Source: an uncultured Chloroflexia bacterium
Lineage (GTDB): Bacteria > Chloroflexota > Limnocylindria > Limnocylindrales > CSP1-4
Length of the DNA stretch: 64,000 nt
Direction: 5' to 3'
Assembly (NCBI GenBank): GCA_963704775.1
Contig: CAVPHR010000006.1
Location: 75-64,074 of the forward strand
In this document: positions 49,370 to 58,700 of the stretch, piece by piece
How positions within the stretch are numbered: the first letter of the stretch is position 1
Layout of the letters: each line of letters starts with the position of its first letter
Position numbers and translations under genes: made by a program
Notes under the pieces: generated by a model
The model's input: the letters and a program-made list of their open reading frames with translations, nothing else
Database searches by the model: none
What the model was told of the DNA's origin: nothing

Positions 49370-50242
49370 GTGACGGGCACGATCCCTCGGCAGCCCGCGA
49401 CCAGGCTGCGCTTCAACCGCCGGCTGTTTCGCTGGCACGACTCTGGCCGCCGCCCCCTCGTCATCCGCGAGGCAACGACGCCGTGGCAGGTCCTCGTCGC
49501 CGAGGTCATGTCGCAGCAGACCGGGATCGAGCGGGTCGGCCCGGCCTGGCGCCGGTTCATCGAGCGTTGGCCGACGCCCGCCGATCTCGCGGCCGCCGGC
49601 ACCCACGAACTCCTGGCGGCCTGGGCCGGGCTCGGCTACAACCGGCGCGCCCTTGCCCTGCGAGAAGCCGCCCGCGCGATCGTCGCGGATCACGGCGGCC
49701 GCGTGCCCGGAAGCGTCGAGGCCCTCGAGCGACTGCCGGGGGTGGGTCCGTACACGGCGCGCGCCGTGGCCGCATCGGGATTCGCTGTGCCGGTCGCGCC
49801 GCTCGACGTGAACACCCGACGGGTCGTGTCGCGGGTGCTCGGCGTGTCGTCGAGCTTGCCCGGATTGCAGGCGGCAGCCGACGACCTCGTCTCGCGCGGC
49901 AAGCCAGGTCGCTGGCTCGATGCCGTGATGGACCTGGCGACCGCGACGTGCACCCGACACGCACCGAGCTGTGACCTCTGCCCGCTCGAGGCGATCTGCG
50001 CGTCCAGAGGCAGCGTCGTGCCCGTCGAGGCGGCGAGCCGCGGCGCGCCGTTCCCGGCCACCACTCGCTGGCTTCGGGGGCGCCTTCTCGCCGCCGTCAC
50101 GAGGGCGCCGACAGGGTCATGGGTCCCGCTGCCCGAACGCCTCGGCGAGCACGATGCCGACGCCATCGACGCGGCGGCACGGGGTCTCGAGCGCGATGGG
50201 TTCCTCGACCTGCGCTTAGGGGACGCGCGCGTTCGGGAGTGA
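49370..50242 (+). CDS. mutY: A/G-specific adenine DNA glycosylase (MutY family)
   Basis: PWQVLVAEVMSQQTGIERV, HhH-GPD LPGVGPYTARAV, DVNTRRV, Fe-S loop CTRHAPSCDLCPLEAIC. GTG start at 49370 chosen. The earlier part of the ORF overlaps the divergent gene. Confidence 0.8.
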   Translation: MTGTIPRQPATRLRFNRRLFRWHDSGRRPLVIREATTPWQVLVAEVMSQQTGIERVGPAWRRFIERWPTPADLAAAGTHELLAAWAGLGYNRRALALREAARAIVADHGGRVPGSVEALERLPGVGPYTARAVAASGFAVPVAPLDVNTRRVVSRVLGVSSSLPGLQAAADDLVSRGKPGRWLDAVMDLATATCTRHAPSCDLCPLEAICASRGSVVPVEAASRGAPFPATTRWLRGRLLAAVTRAPTGSWVPLPERLGEHDADAIDAAARGLERDGFLDLRLGDARVRE

Positions 50243-50301
50243 GTCCACCCGGGCCGCGCTCCCGATGAGCTGACCGTCGTTCGGCTACGCTTCGCCGCGC
50301 G

Positions 50302-51106
50302 ATGCCCACCACCGTCGAGCGCGCGGCCGCATCGGCCGCGCTACCCGCCAACGACCCGTCCATCTTCGAGCTTGACCTGCGCGGCCTGCGCGCGCGATGG
50401 GCAGCGTCGGCCGCGCTGACGGCGATCTCCGGCGAGGCGATGACGGGTACTGATCGGCGGGCCCAGGCACTCGGCGTGCCCGAGGAACGGCTCATGGAGC
50501 ACGCCGGGACCGCGGTGGCCGCTGCCGTCCACGCACTCGCCGTGGACCTCGGGCGGTGGGGGACCGGCCCGATCGTGATCCTCTGTGGCCCGGGCAACAA
50601 CGGCGGCGACGGCTACGTGGCCGCCCGCCGGCTGGCGCTGGCCGGGGCGTCCGTGGTGGTCGGCCTGGTCACGCCCGACACGCGCCCGGCCGGGGCGACG
50701 GCCGCTCGCAACTGGGACCGGATCGCGCGCGACGCCGGGATCGCCAAGGTCCACCTGCCGGTCGCCCGCGACGTCGCGATGTTCGAGCACGGCATCGAGA
50801 AGGCCGCCGTCATCGTCGACGCGCTGCTCGGGACGGGCGTCCAGGGCGTCCTTCGGGAGCCGATCAGGACCGCGGTCGAGGTCATCGTGCGGGCGGCCGC
50901 GAAAGGCGTCCCCGTCGTGGCCGTCGACACGCCGACCGCCGTCGACCTCTCCAGCGGCGAGCCGTCGGACCCGGCGGTCCGGGCCGACATGACCGTCACG
51001 TTCCACCGCCCCAAGACCGGGCCTGCTCACGACCCGCGGAAAAGCTCATGCCGGCAAGGTCCTCGTCGCGCCGATCGGCATCCCGGCCGAGGCCGACCGT
51101 GGCTGA
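50302..51106 (+). CDS. NAD(P)H-hydrate epimerase (YjeF N-terminal domain), apparent frameshift at ~51019-51023
   Basis: LMEHAGTAVAAAV, ILCGPGNNGGDGYVAARRL, VDALLGTGVQG, TVTFHRPKTG. The next frame then gives LLTTRGKAHAGKVLVAPIGIPAEADRG-stop, the canonical C-terminus. The start is uncertain. Confidence 0.7.
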
Positions 51107-51329
51107 GAGCCGTCCCGCGGGCCACCAGCCCGGCTGGCGGGAGGTCGCGCTCGTGGCCGCGGCGGTCGTGGTGGTCGTGATGGGCGCGGCGATCCTCACA
51201 AGCATCCTGCCATCGAGCCTGCAGCAGATCGTCTTCCACACGCCCCTCGCCATCGTCGTGCTCGTCGTGGGCACCGGGTGGCTGCTCTGGCGGATCTCCC
51301 GGCGCCGGCCGGAGGAGCCGCTCCCGTGA
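51099..51329 (+). CDS. Small two-TM membrane protein, hypothetical
   Basis: GTG overlaps the epimerase stop. VAESRPAGHQPGWREVALVAAAVVVVVMGAAILTSILPSSLQQIVFHTPLAIVVLVVGTGWLLWRISRRRPEEPLP. Two clear hydrophobic helices. Confidence 0.35.
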   Translation: MAESRPAGHQPGWREVALVAAAVVVVVMGAAILTSILPSSLQQIVFHTPLAIVVLVVGTGWLLWRISRRRPEEPLP

Positions 51330-51345
51330 CGCACCCGCCCACCGC

Positions 51346-53019
51346 ATGACGGGGCCCGCCCCCCTCGACGCTCGCCGAGGGAACCTCGCGGCGTTGGCGG
51401 ACGGGACCTGGGACGTCGTCATCGTCGGCGGCGGGATCGTCGGCAGCGGCGCCTTGCTCGATGCGGTCTCGCGCGGGATGCGGGCGGCGCTCATCGAACA
51501 GGACGACATCGCAGCGGGCACATCGTCGCGCTCGTCCCGGCTCATCCACGGAGGGCTGCGATACCTTGAGCAGTTCCGGTTCGGGCTGGTCCGCGAGGCG
51601 CTGGCGGAGCGCTCGCGGATCCTCCACCTCGCGCCGCATCTCGTGCGCCTCGAGCCGTTGCTCTTCCCGATCTACGGGATCCCGTACCTCTCGAAGGCCT
51701 TCTACGACACCGGCCTGACGATGTACGACCTCCTTGGCGCCCGCCAGGACGGGGGATGGCACAGACGGCTCTCGAAGGCGGACACGCTCGAGATGGCGCC
51801 GACCCTGCGCCACGAGGGACTGCGTGGCGGCCTGCTCTACCACGACGGCGTCGAGGACGACGCGCGGTACACGCTGGCCGTGGCCCGGACCGCCGTCGCG
51901 GATGGCGGACTGGCCGTCACGCGCGTGAAGGCGACCGGCCTGCGCACGTCTGCGAGCTACGGCACGCTCGAGGCGGTCAAGGCGCAGGACCTGGTGACTG
52001 GCTGGGAGTTCGAGATCAAGGCACGGGCCGTCGTGGACGCGACGGGCGTCTGGGCCGCCGAGCCCGATCACGCCTTCGGCAGCGGCTCGATGCGCATCCT
52101 GCCGAGTCGCGGCGCGCATCTCGTCGTGCCACGGGAGCGGATCCCGAACCGGCACGGCCTGACCATCCGGGTGCCCGGCAAGATCGTCTTCCTCGTGCCG
52201 TGGCCGGACCACTGGCTGATCGGCACGACCGACGCCCCGTACGAGGGCGCCTCGGCCCACCCGTCGGCCGACGGGTGGGAGGTCGACCTGCTGCTTGCCA
52301 CCGTCAACGCCACCATGGACGTCGACCTCCGGCGTGAGGACATCGTGGGCACGTACGCCGGGCTGCGGCCGCTCATCGCCCCGTCCGGTGGTTCGACCGT
52401 GAAGGCCTCGCGCGAGCACCGCGTGACCGTCGAGCGGACCGGGGTCGTCCGGATCGGCGGCGGGAAGTACACGACCTACCGGGTCATGGCCCGCGACGTC
52501 ATCGATGCCGTCCTCGGCAAGGAGGCGGCCAAGGCGCGTCCGAGTCTCACCGCCGACCGGCGCCTGGTGGGTGCCGCCGACCCCGACGCGCTCGCGAGGA
52601 TCGCCGCGGAGCTCGAGACGATCCCGGCGATCGCCGCCATCGGACCGGAGACCGCCTCGCGGCTGGTCTCGCGTCATGGCACCGAGGCGTCTGGCGTGGC
52701 CAGCCTCGGCGCGGAGCGGGACCTGGTCAGGCCGCTCGTGCCCGGGCGGCCGTTCCTGGAGGCCGAGGTGACCTGGGCCGCCCGCCACGAGCTCGCCCTG
52801 TCGCTCGACGACATGCTGGCGCGCCGGACGAGGCTCGCCCAGGAGCTCCCGGACCGCGGCGCGGCGATCGCCCCGCGCGTGGCCGAGCTGCTCGGCGCCG
52901 AGCTCGGCTGGGGCGAGACCCGGCGAGCCCGCGAGGTGGAGGCGTACCTGGAGATGGCGCGCCGCGAGTACTCGGTCGCCGCGTCGAACGGGGCCGGGAC
53001 GAGGCCGCAGATCAGCTGA
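51346..53019 (+). CDS. glpD: FAD-dependent glycerol-3-phosphate dehydrogenase
   Basis: DVVIVGGGIVGSGALLDAVSRGMRAALIEQDDIAAGTSSRSSRLIHGGLRYLEQ and a C-terminal GlpD helical domain. 557 aa. Confidence 0.9.
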   Translation: MTGPAPLDARRGNLAALADGTWDVVIVGGGIVGSGALLDAVSRGMRAALIEQDDIAAGTSSRSSRLIHGGLRYLEQFRFGLVREALAERSRILHLAPHLVRLEPLLFPIYGIPYLSKAFYDTGLTMYDLLGARQDGGWHRRLSKADTLEMAPTLRHEGLRGGLLYHDGVEDDARYTLAVARTAVADGGLAVTRVKATGLRTSASYGTLEAVKAQDLVTGWEFEIKARAVVDATGVWAAEPDHAFGSGSMRILPSRGAHLVVPRERIPNRHGLTIRVPGKIVFLVPWPDHWLIGTTDAPYEGASAHPSADGWEVDLLLATVNATMDVDLRREDIVGTYAGLRPLIAPSGGSTVKASREHRVTVERTGVVRIGGGKYTTYRVMARDVIDAVLGKEAAKARPSLTADRRLVGAADPDALARIAAELETIPAIAAIGPETASRLVSRHGTEASGVASLGAERDLVRPLVPGRPFLEAEVTWAARHELALSLDDMLARRTRLAQELPDRGAAIAPRVAELLGAELGWGETRRAREVEAYLEMARREYSVAASNGAGTRPQIS

Positions 53020-53107
53020 CCGGTCGGCGTCACACGACTGTCATCGCCGTGTCACGTGGCAGCCCCATGGTCGGGGCCATACCGACGCCGATGGAGGTCT
53101 CGCCGCC

Positions 53108-53570
53108 ATGCTCCGCCGAATGTCGCTCGTCGCCCTATTGCTTCTGCTCACAGGCTGCTCGTCTGCGGGGCAGACTCCGAGTCCGAGTGTCGCAGCATCC
53201 CCTGGATGCACCCGCCGCCGCCATGGAGGTCATGGGTAAGGGACAGCTCCAGCCCGTGGACGGGACGGCCACCGGCGTCGCGGAACTCGTCGTGCTTCCG
53301 GACAAGACGTACGAGGTCGTACTCGACGGCTTCAAGACCGAGTCGATCGCGCACACCAACGTCGTCCTCGTCTCGAACGCCTCAGTGAACGCGACAAGCG
53401 ACATCGACAAGTCGAAGCTGCTCGACCTTGGTCCGTTGACCGCCACCGAAGGAATGCAGACCTACATCATCCCTGCCGCCATGGCGGCATCCGTGATGGA
53501 CGGTTATCACAGCGTCGTGATCTGGGACACGGAGATGGCCCACGCGATCGCCGCCGCTTCCCTCAAGTAG
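53108..53570 (+). CDS. Lipoprotein with DM13-like C-terminal domain, apparent frameshift in the C4 run 53199-53202
   Basis: Signal plus lipobox MLRRMSLVALLLLLTGC lies in one frame. The mature part (LDAPAAAMEVMGKGQLQPVDGTATGVAELVVLPDKTYEVVLDGFKTES...HSVVIWDTEMAHAIAAASLK) lies in the 53049 frame. Its topology parallels the DM13 domain of the next gene. Confidence 0.5.
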
Positions 53571-53580
53571 GACCGAGCCC

Positions 53581-54288
53581 GTGGAATTGCTCGACGACAT
53601 CGGGCGGACCTTCTTCAACGCGCTGTATGACCTGCGGTTTCCCGTCGCGATCGGGGCCGCCGTCGCGGTCGCCCTGGCTGCTGTCCTCGGATGGCGCCGC
53701 GGCTGGTTCGCGGCGGCTCGCCGGCATCCGGCCCGAACCGGAGCGTTGGTCGCGGTGGCACTCGCGGTCGGCGTTCCGCTGACCTGGTACCTCGCGTCGC
53801 CGATCTTCATCCGGACCGCGCTCGTCGAGCCGGCGCCGGTGATCGCGCGCTCGAGCCCCGCCCCGGTCATGACCGCCGCGCCGGCGGACCCGACGAGCCC
53901 ACGCTCGACTTCGACGACGGCGCCCACCGCCATGCCGACCGCGACGCCGTTCCTGCCGATCACACACGTCAGCGGCTCGTTCTACGGCTCCGATGACTTC
54001 CATTTCGGGCGAGGGACGGCGACGATCGTCGAGACATCACCGGGCCGATTCCACCTTCGCCTGGAGGACTTCTCGGTCCGCAACGGGCCGGACCTGTTCG
54101 TCTATCTGTCGCCGGCGGCCGATGGCTACGACGATGGCGCCCTGGAGATCGGAAAGCTCAAGGCCACCGATGGCTCGTTCGGCTACGACCTGCCGGAAGG
54201 GACCGATCCAGCGGATTTCGCCAGCGCCATCATCTGGTGCAAACAGTTCAGCCACTTGTTCGCCACCGCGCCCTTCGAATCCGCCTGA
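53581..54288 (+). CDS. Membrane-anchored DM13 domain protein
   Basis: N-terminal TM helices, Pro/Thr linker, then SGSFYGSDDFHFGRGTATIVETSPGRFHLRLEDFSVRNGPDLFVYLS...IGKLKATDGSFGYDLPEG...SAIIWCKQFSHLFATAP, the DM13 pattern. Confidence 0.75.
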   Translation: MELLDDIGRTFFNALYDLRFPVAIGAAVAVALAAVLGWRRGWFAAARRHPARTGALVAVALAVGVPLTWYLASPIFIRTALVEPAPVIARSSPAPVMTAAPADPTSPRSTSTTAPTAMPTATPFLPITHVSGSFYGSDDFHFGRGTATIVETSPGRFHLRLEDFSVRNGPDLFVYLSPAADGYDDGALEIGKLKATDGSFGYDLPEGTDPADFASAIIWCKQFSHLFATAPFESA

Positions 54289-54405
54289 CGGGCCATGCGA
54301 AGTAGGCAAAAGTCGGGGCTATGCAACCTGTGGACGAGGTCGTAATATCCCGCCCGTAAATGCCGTGGAAACGTCCGCGGCCAGAGCGTAGCTCGACGCA
54401 CTCGG

Positions 54406-54463
54406 ACTCCTCTCACGGCTGACGCGAGAACCCGACGGGATCGCGCCGGCTACCGAGAGGAGT
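54406..54463 (+). promoter_or_regulatory. Possible SD-sequestering helix in the 5' leader of the zinc-ribbon gene
   Basis: ACTCCTCTC (54406-54414) is perfectly complementary to GAGAGGAGT (54455-54463). The latter contains the only Shine-Dalgarno-like element before GTG 54473. A TAATAT box lies at 54343-54348. Confidence 0.3.
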
Positions 54464-54472
54464 TTCGTTTTC

Positions 54473-54850
54473 GTGTACAGCGACAAGAACCTGACCTGCG
54501 CGGACTGTGGACAGGAATTCGTGTTCACAGCCTCCGAGCAGGATTTCTATGCGCAGCGTGGGTTCACCGAGCCGCGCCGATGCCCGTCGTGCCGCGCCAG
54601 CCGCAAGGCCGCGCGCAACGCCGAGGGCGGCGGCAGCTCCTATGGTGGCTACGGGGCCGGCGGCGGCTACTCCGCGGGGGGTAGCGGCGGCTACGGCGGA
54701 GGCGGCTACGCCTCCCGCGATCGCGGACCCCGCGAGATGTTCGCGGCCACGTGCTCGAACTGTGGCAAGGAAGCCCAGGTCCCGTTCCGCCCGACCAGCG
54801 GCAAGCCGGTCTACTGCAGCGACTGCTTCCGGAGCATGCGCGGCGGCTGA
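54473..54850 (+). CDS. Double zinc-ribbon (CxxC...CxxC twice) protein with central Gly/Tyr/Ser-rich low-complexity linker
   Basis: MYSDKNLTCADCGQEFVFTASEQDFYAQRGFTEPRRCPSCR ... GGGSSYGGYGAGGGYSAGGSGGYGGGGY ... ATCSNCGKEAQVPFRPTSGKPVYCSDCF. GTG start. Confidence 0.7.
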   Translation: MYSDKNLTCADCGQEFVFTASEQDFYAQRGFTEPRRCPSCRASRKAARNAEGGGSSYGGYGAGGGYSAGGSGGYGGGGYASRDRGPREMFAATCSNCGKEAQVPFRPTSGKPVYCSDCFRSMRGG

Positions 54851-54903
54851 TCCAGACCTCTCGGTGCGGGCCGACCCACGGCCCGCCGAACCAGCGTGAT
54901 CCC

Positions 54904-54930
54904 GACCCGGGTCGTCAGCCGACCCGGGTC
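54904..54930. repeat. Two copies of the palindromic unit GACCCGGGTCGT, 17 bp apart
   Basis: GACCCGGGTC at 54904-54913 and 54921-54930, between convergent genes. They are preceded by hairpin GCGGGCCG-accca-CGGCCCGC (about 54866-54886). Confidence 0.5.
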
Positions 54931-54948
54931 GTTCGATTCAGCGACGCC

Positions 54949-55599
54949 TCAGCGGATAGGAGGCTTGCCGGCGAGCAGGCTCAGGTCGAACTTGCGCTCG
55001 GTGCCCTTTAGCAGGCGTTCGATGTTGTCGGCGTGGGCCAGCCAGATGAACGCGGCCCCGACCGCCGAGTAGACGACATACGGCAACGGCGTCTCCGGGA
55101 CGACCAGGAACACGAGGAGCATCGCAGGGAACATGGCCGCCGACCCGAGCAGGGAGCCGAGCGAGACGTAGCGGGTCAGCAGGATGACGAGGATGAACAC
55201 GGGCGCTGCCAGGAGGACGGCGATCGGCTGGATCACCAGCATCGTGCCGACGCCGGTCCCGACCCCGCGCCCACTCCGGAAACCCGCGAAGACCGACCAG
55301 ATCGCCCCGGCCACGGCGGCGCCGCCGCACAGGACCTCCGTGAGCGGGTCGCCGCCGGTCACGAAACGTGCCAGCAGGACGGGGAGCGCGCCCTTGAGGA
55401 GGTCGCCGATGACCACGACCGCTGCCCACTTGCGACCGAGCGCACGGAGGGCATTCGTGCCGCCCGTCCGCCCGGAACCGATGGTCCGCGGGTCAGGCCC
55501 ACCTGAGATGCGGGCGACCAGGATGCCGACGGGGATGGAGCCGCCGAGGTAGGCGACGAGCATCAGGACGACGGTGCGGAAAAGGACCGCGGCATCCAT
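54949..55599 (-). CDS. plsY: Glycerol-3-phosphate acyltransferase PlsY
   Basis: YLGGSIPVGILVARISGGPDPRTIGSGRTGGTNALRALG, DLLKGALPVLLARF. 216-aa membrane protein. Confidence 0.9.
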   Translation of the reverse strand: MDAAVLFRTVVLMLVAYLGGSIPVGILVARISGGPDPRTIGSGRTGGTNALRALGRKWAAVVVIGDLLKGALPVLLARFVTGGDPLTEVLCGGAAVAGAIWSVFAGFRSGRGVGTGVGTMLVIQPIAVLLAAPVFILVILLTRYVSLGSLLGSAAMFPAMLLVFLVVPETPLPYVVYSAVGAAFIWLAHADNIERLLKGTERKFDLSLLAGKPPIR

Positions 55600-55662
55600 C
55601 GAACTGCTCCAGCGTCGGTCAAGGCCCCCCGAGGCCGGAGTCTAGCACCGGCCGAACGCGAA

Positions 55663-55695
55663 GCGGCCGGCCCTCCGGGGTGGAGGACCGGCCGC
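55663..55695 (-). terminator. GC-rich hairpin downstream of the subtilase gene
   Basis: GCGGCCGGcCCTCC-ggggt-GGAGGaCCGGCCGC. Weak T-tract on the minus strand (TTCGCGTTCGG). Confidence 0.45.
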
Positions 55696-55726
55696 TGCCG
55701 CTGCGCTTTCGAGGCGAAGCCCCGAG

Positions 55727-58700
55727 TTACTTCTTGGTGACGACCACGTTGGTCTTGACGATGGTGACGCCCGACACTGTCGAGGCGGTCATCTCGGTCA
55801 CGACCGGACCGGTGCCGCGATCGGCACCCTTGGCCGTGAAGCTATAGGTGAGGGTCGCGCCGGGGGTCGGGGCGGTCGAGGTGACGCGCAGGTCGACCGT
55901 CGGCACGGTGTTCGTCGGCAGGCCCACTCCCTGGCCGATGTCGTTCTCGGCGCCGACCAGGAGGTCCTGGCCTGCCGGAGCGGCGGGCAGGGCGCCCGGG
56001 TCGTAGGCGAACGTGATGTCCTGTGTGCCGTCGACGCCGATCCACGTCTGGAAGACGCGGAGGCTGGATGTCCCGAACACGTTGACCCGCCACTCGATGA
56101 CGAGCCATGTGTTGACCCCATCGGTCAGCGTGCCGGCGTAGATCCCGGGTGCCCCTGTCCCGTCGAGGTCGGTCCAGAACGGCGCCAGCAGGTTGTTGGG
56201 CCGGGCCGGATCTCCGATCTGGGTGAGGTTGCAGCAGTTGTTGTCCTCACTCGTGCCTCCGCCGGCCACCGCGTAGCCATTGGAGTCGACACCGATCTGG
56301 GTGTATTCGACGCCGTTGAAGACGAACGCCGGGACGTTGAAGTTGAGGATCTGCTCGTCACCGATGGCGGTCGGCGTGATGCCGAAGGCATCGAGTGGGA
56401 GGTACCCGAAGAGTTCCCCTGGGGCGGTCGTTGGAACGCCCGGCGCGGCCCCGCTCAAGTTGCCTGAGGCGGTGACCTTGTGGCTTCCCTGCTGGGTCGC
56501 GCCGGTTGCGCTCAGGATCTTGAGGTGGCCGTCGGTCTTGGTCGTCAGGTCGACGGCAGCGTCGGCGAACGTGTGGTTCGTCGCCGCGACCGTGCACACG
56601 GTCGTCTCGCCTTGCTTGATGGTGCCGGGCGCGCAGCTCTGAGCGAGGCTGACGTCGCCCTGGGTGTGGATGAACGCGACGGGCAGATGCAACCGCCAGC
56701 CGAGCGGGATGCTTGAACCCTTCTTCGCGACGATCTTGATCGCGCCGAACTGCTGGTCGCCGAGCGGCGCGTCGGATTCGATGGTGACCTTGAGGGTCTT
56801 GGACGCGCCTGCCTTGAGCTCGAACTTGGTCGGCGAGACGCTGATCTTCGATCCGGCCGGCGACGTGGTCGAGGCCTCGAACTTCTGCTTCGTGCCGGTC
56901 GTGTTCGTCACGGTCCGGGTCGTCGTGATGCGACCCGGCATCACCGGCGCGTTGACCGACGCGATGTTGAGATGGATCGCGTTGAGCTCGTCGGCGGTCA
57001 ACAGCGCGAAGTCGGCGGCTGACTCATCGAGCACGAGCGGCGACGCCACGGCTGCGGCGACGTCGATCCGTCCGGACCCGAAGTCGAACGGGTCGGCCGG
57101 GGTGGTGAGATCTTCCTTCTTGACGTTCGTGATCGCGGTCAGCATCAGCGCCGACTTGACCTGGCCGGGCGTCCAGCTCGGATGGCTGGCTCGGACGAGG
57201 ATGCTGGCGCCCGCGACATGCGGACCTGACATCGACGTCCCGGCGATCGCCTGGAACATCTCACCTGGGGGCCCACCCAGGACGTCCTCGCGGACGGGCG
57301 TGTGGCCGGCCAGGATCTGGACGCCGGGCGCCGTGACATCGGGCTTGATGAAGTTGCCCGCAGGTCCGCGGGACGAGAAGGCGGCCATGACGTCTGCCAC
57401 GCCGTTCTGCTTGGTCCCTGCGGTGAAGGAGGCCGTCACGCCGGTGTGCCCGTTCACGAACGCCAGGAACGAGGTCCCGTCCGCGAGGTGGACCGTCGGC
57501 AGCCAATGGTTGTCAGTCTCGACGTCGGCGAGGGCCGGGTTGTACAGGATCATCCCGGCGGCGCCACCCTGGAGGACGTTGAAGCCCTTCTCGACGCGAG
57601 CGTTGCCACCGCGCTGGCAGGCCACGATCTTGCCCGTGAACAGGCCGGCAGGCGGCGCAGCATCACAGAGCGGTCGGCTGTACGGGGCGGCCGAGGAAAG
57701 GACGACCGGCAATGGGCCGGCTGCTTGGGTGATCGATGCGCCGACGAGCGAGGCCGTATCGCCGTTGCTGGCGTTCAGTGACAGCGTGGAGGCGAATTCG
57801 CGCCGCTGCGTCGATGCCGCCACTGTGGTGACCCACGGCGAGAGGTGGTTGGCGGTGCTGGCGCCCGGACCTTCGTTGCCGGCCGAGGCAGCCACCGAGA
57901 CCCCGGCCGCGTATGCGTCGAGGAAGGCGAGCTCCACCGGGTCGGTCATCGGGTCGGTTCCGCCCGAGATCGAGAAGTTGATGACCTTGACGCCGTCCAG
58001 GATCGCCTGGCCCACGGCGGCGGCTGAGTCGGAGCCGAAGCAGCCCTCGACGCCGCAGACCTTGTACTCGATGACGTATGCGCCAGGCGCCATCCCGTGG
58101 ATGGGGCCGCGCTCGACACCGAAGATCGGCGCGGACGCGACGACATTGCCGGCGGCCGTGCTGGTCGTGTGGGTGCCGTGACCGTTGGAGTCACGTGCCG
58201 TGTGGAACGTCTCTCCCGATGCGCGACCGGGGTCGGAGAGGTATGTCGCGAGGAACGGCTGACCGCCGATGAGCTTGTTGTTGCAGACGAAGACGTCGGT
58301 GGCCGGGGTCAGCGGGTTGTCCCCGAAGTTGCAGGCTCGTGGCGTCGCGTCGGCCTTCGGCGGCGGCGCGGGCAGGTTGCCCAGGTCTGCGAAGGACGGA
58401 TGCTCCGGCCAGACGCCGGTGTCGAGGTCGCCGAAGATGATCCCCTTGCCGGCTGTCGGCGTTCCGCCGAGGGCCGCGTAGACGGGATCGGCGTCGACGA
58501 ACGACGGGCTCGAATCTGTGAGCGGGTGCGCGAGCGTGTCGTACTGGACGGCGACCACGCCCTTGATCGCGAGCACCTTTTCCACCGCCGAGGCGGGGAT
58601 CCGGGCGGCGACACCGCCATAGACCGTGTCGAGCCGGGTGCCCAGCTTCGCGGACGGGACCGCCTTGCGGACGGCGGCCGAGAACGCGTCCTGGCGGGAC

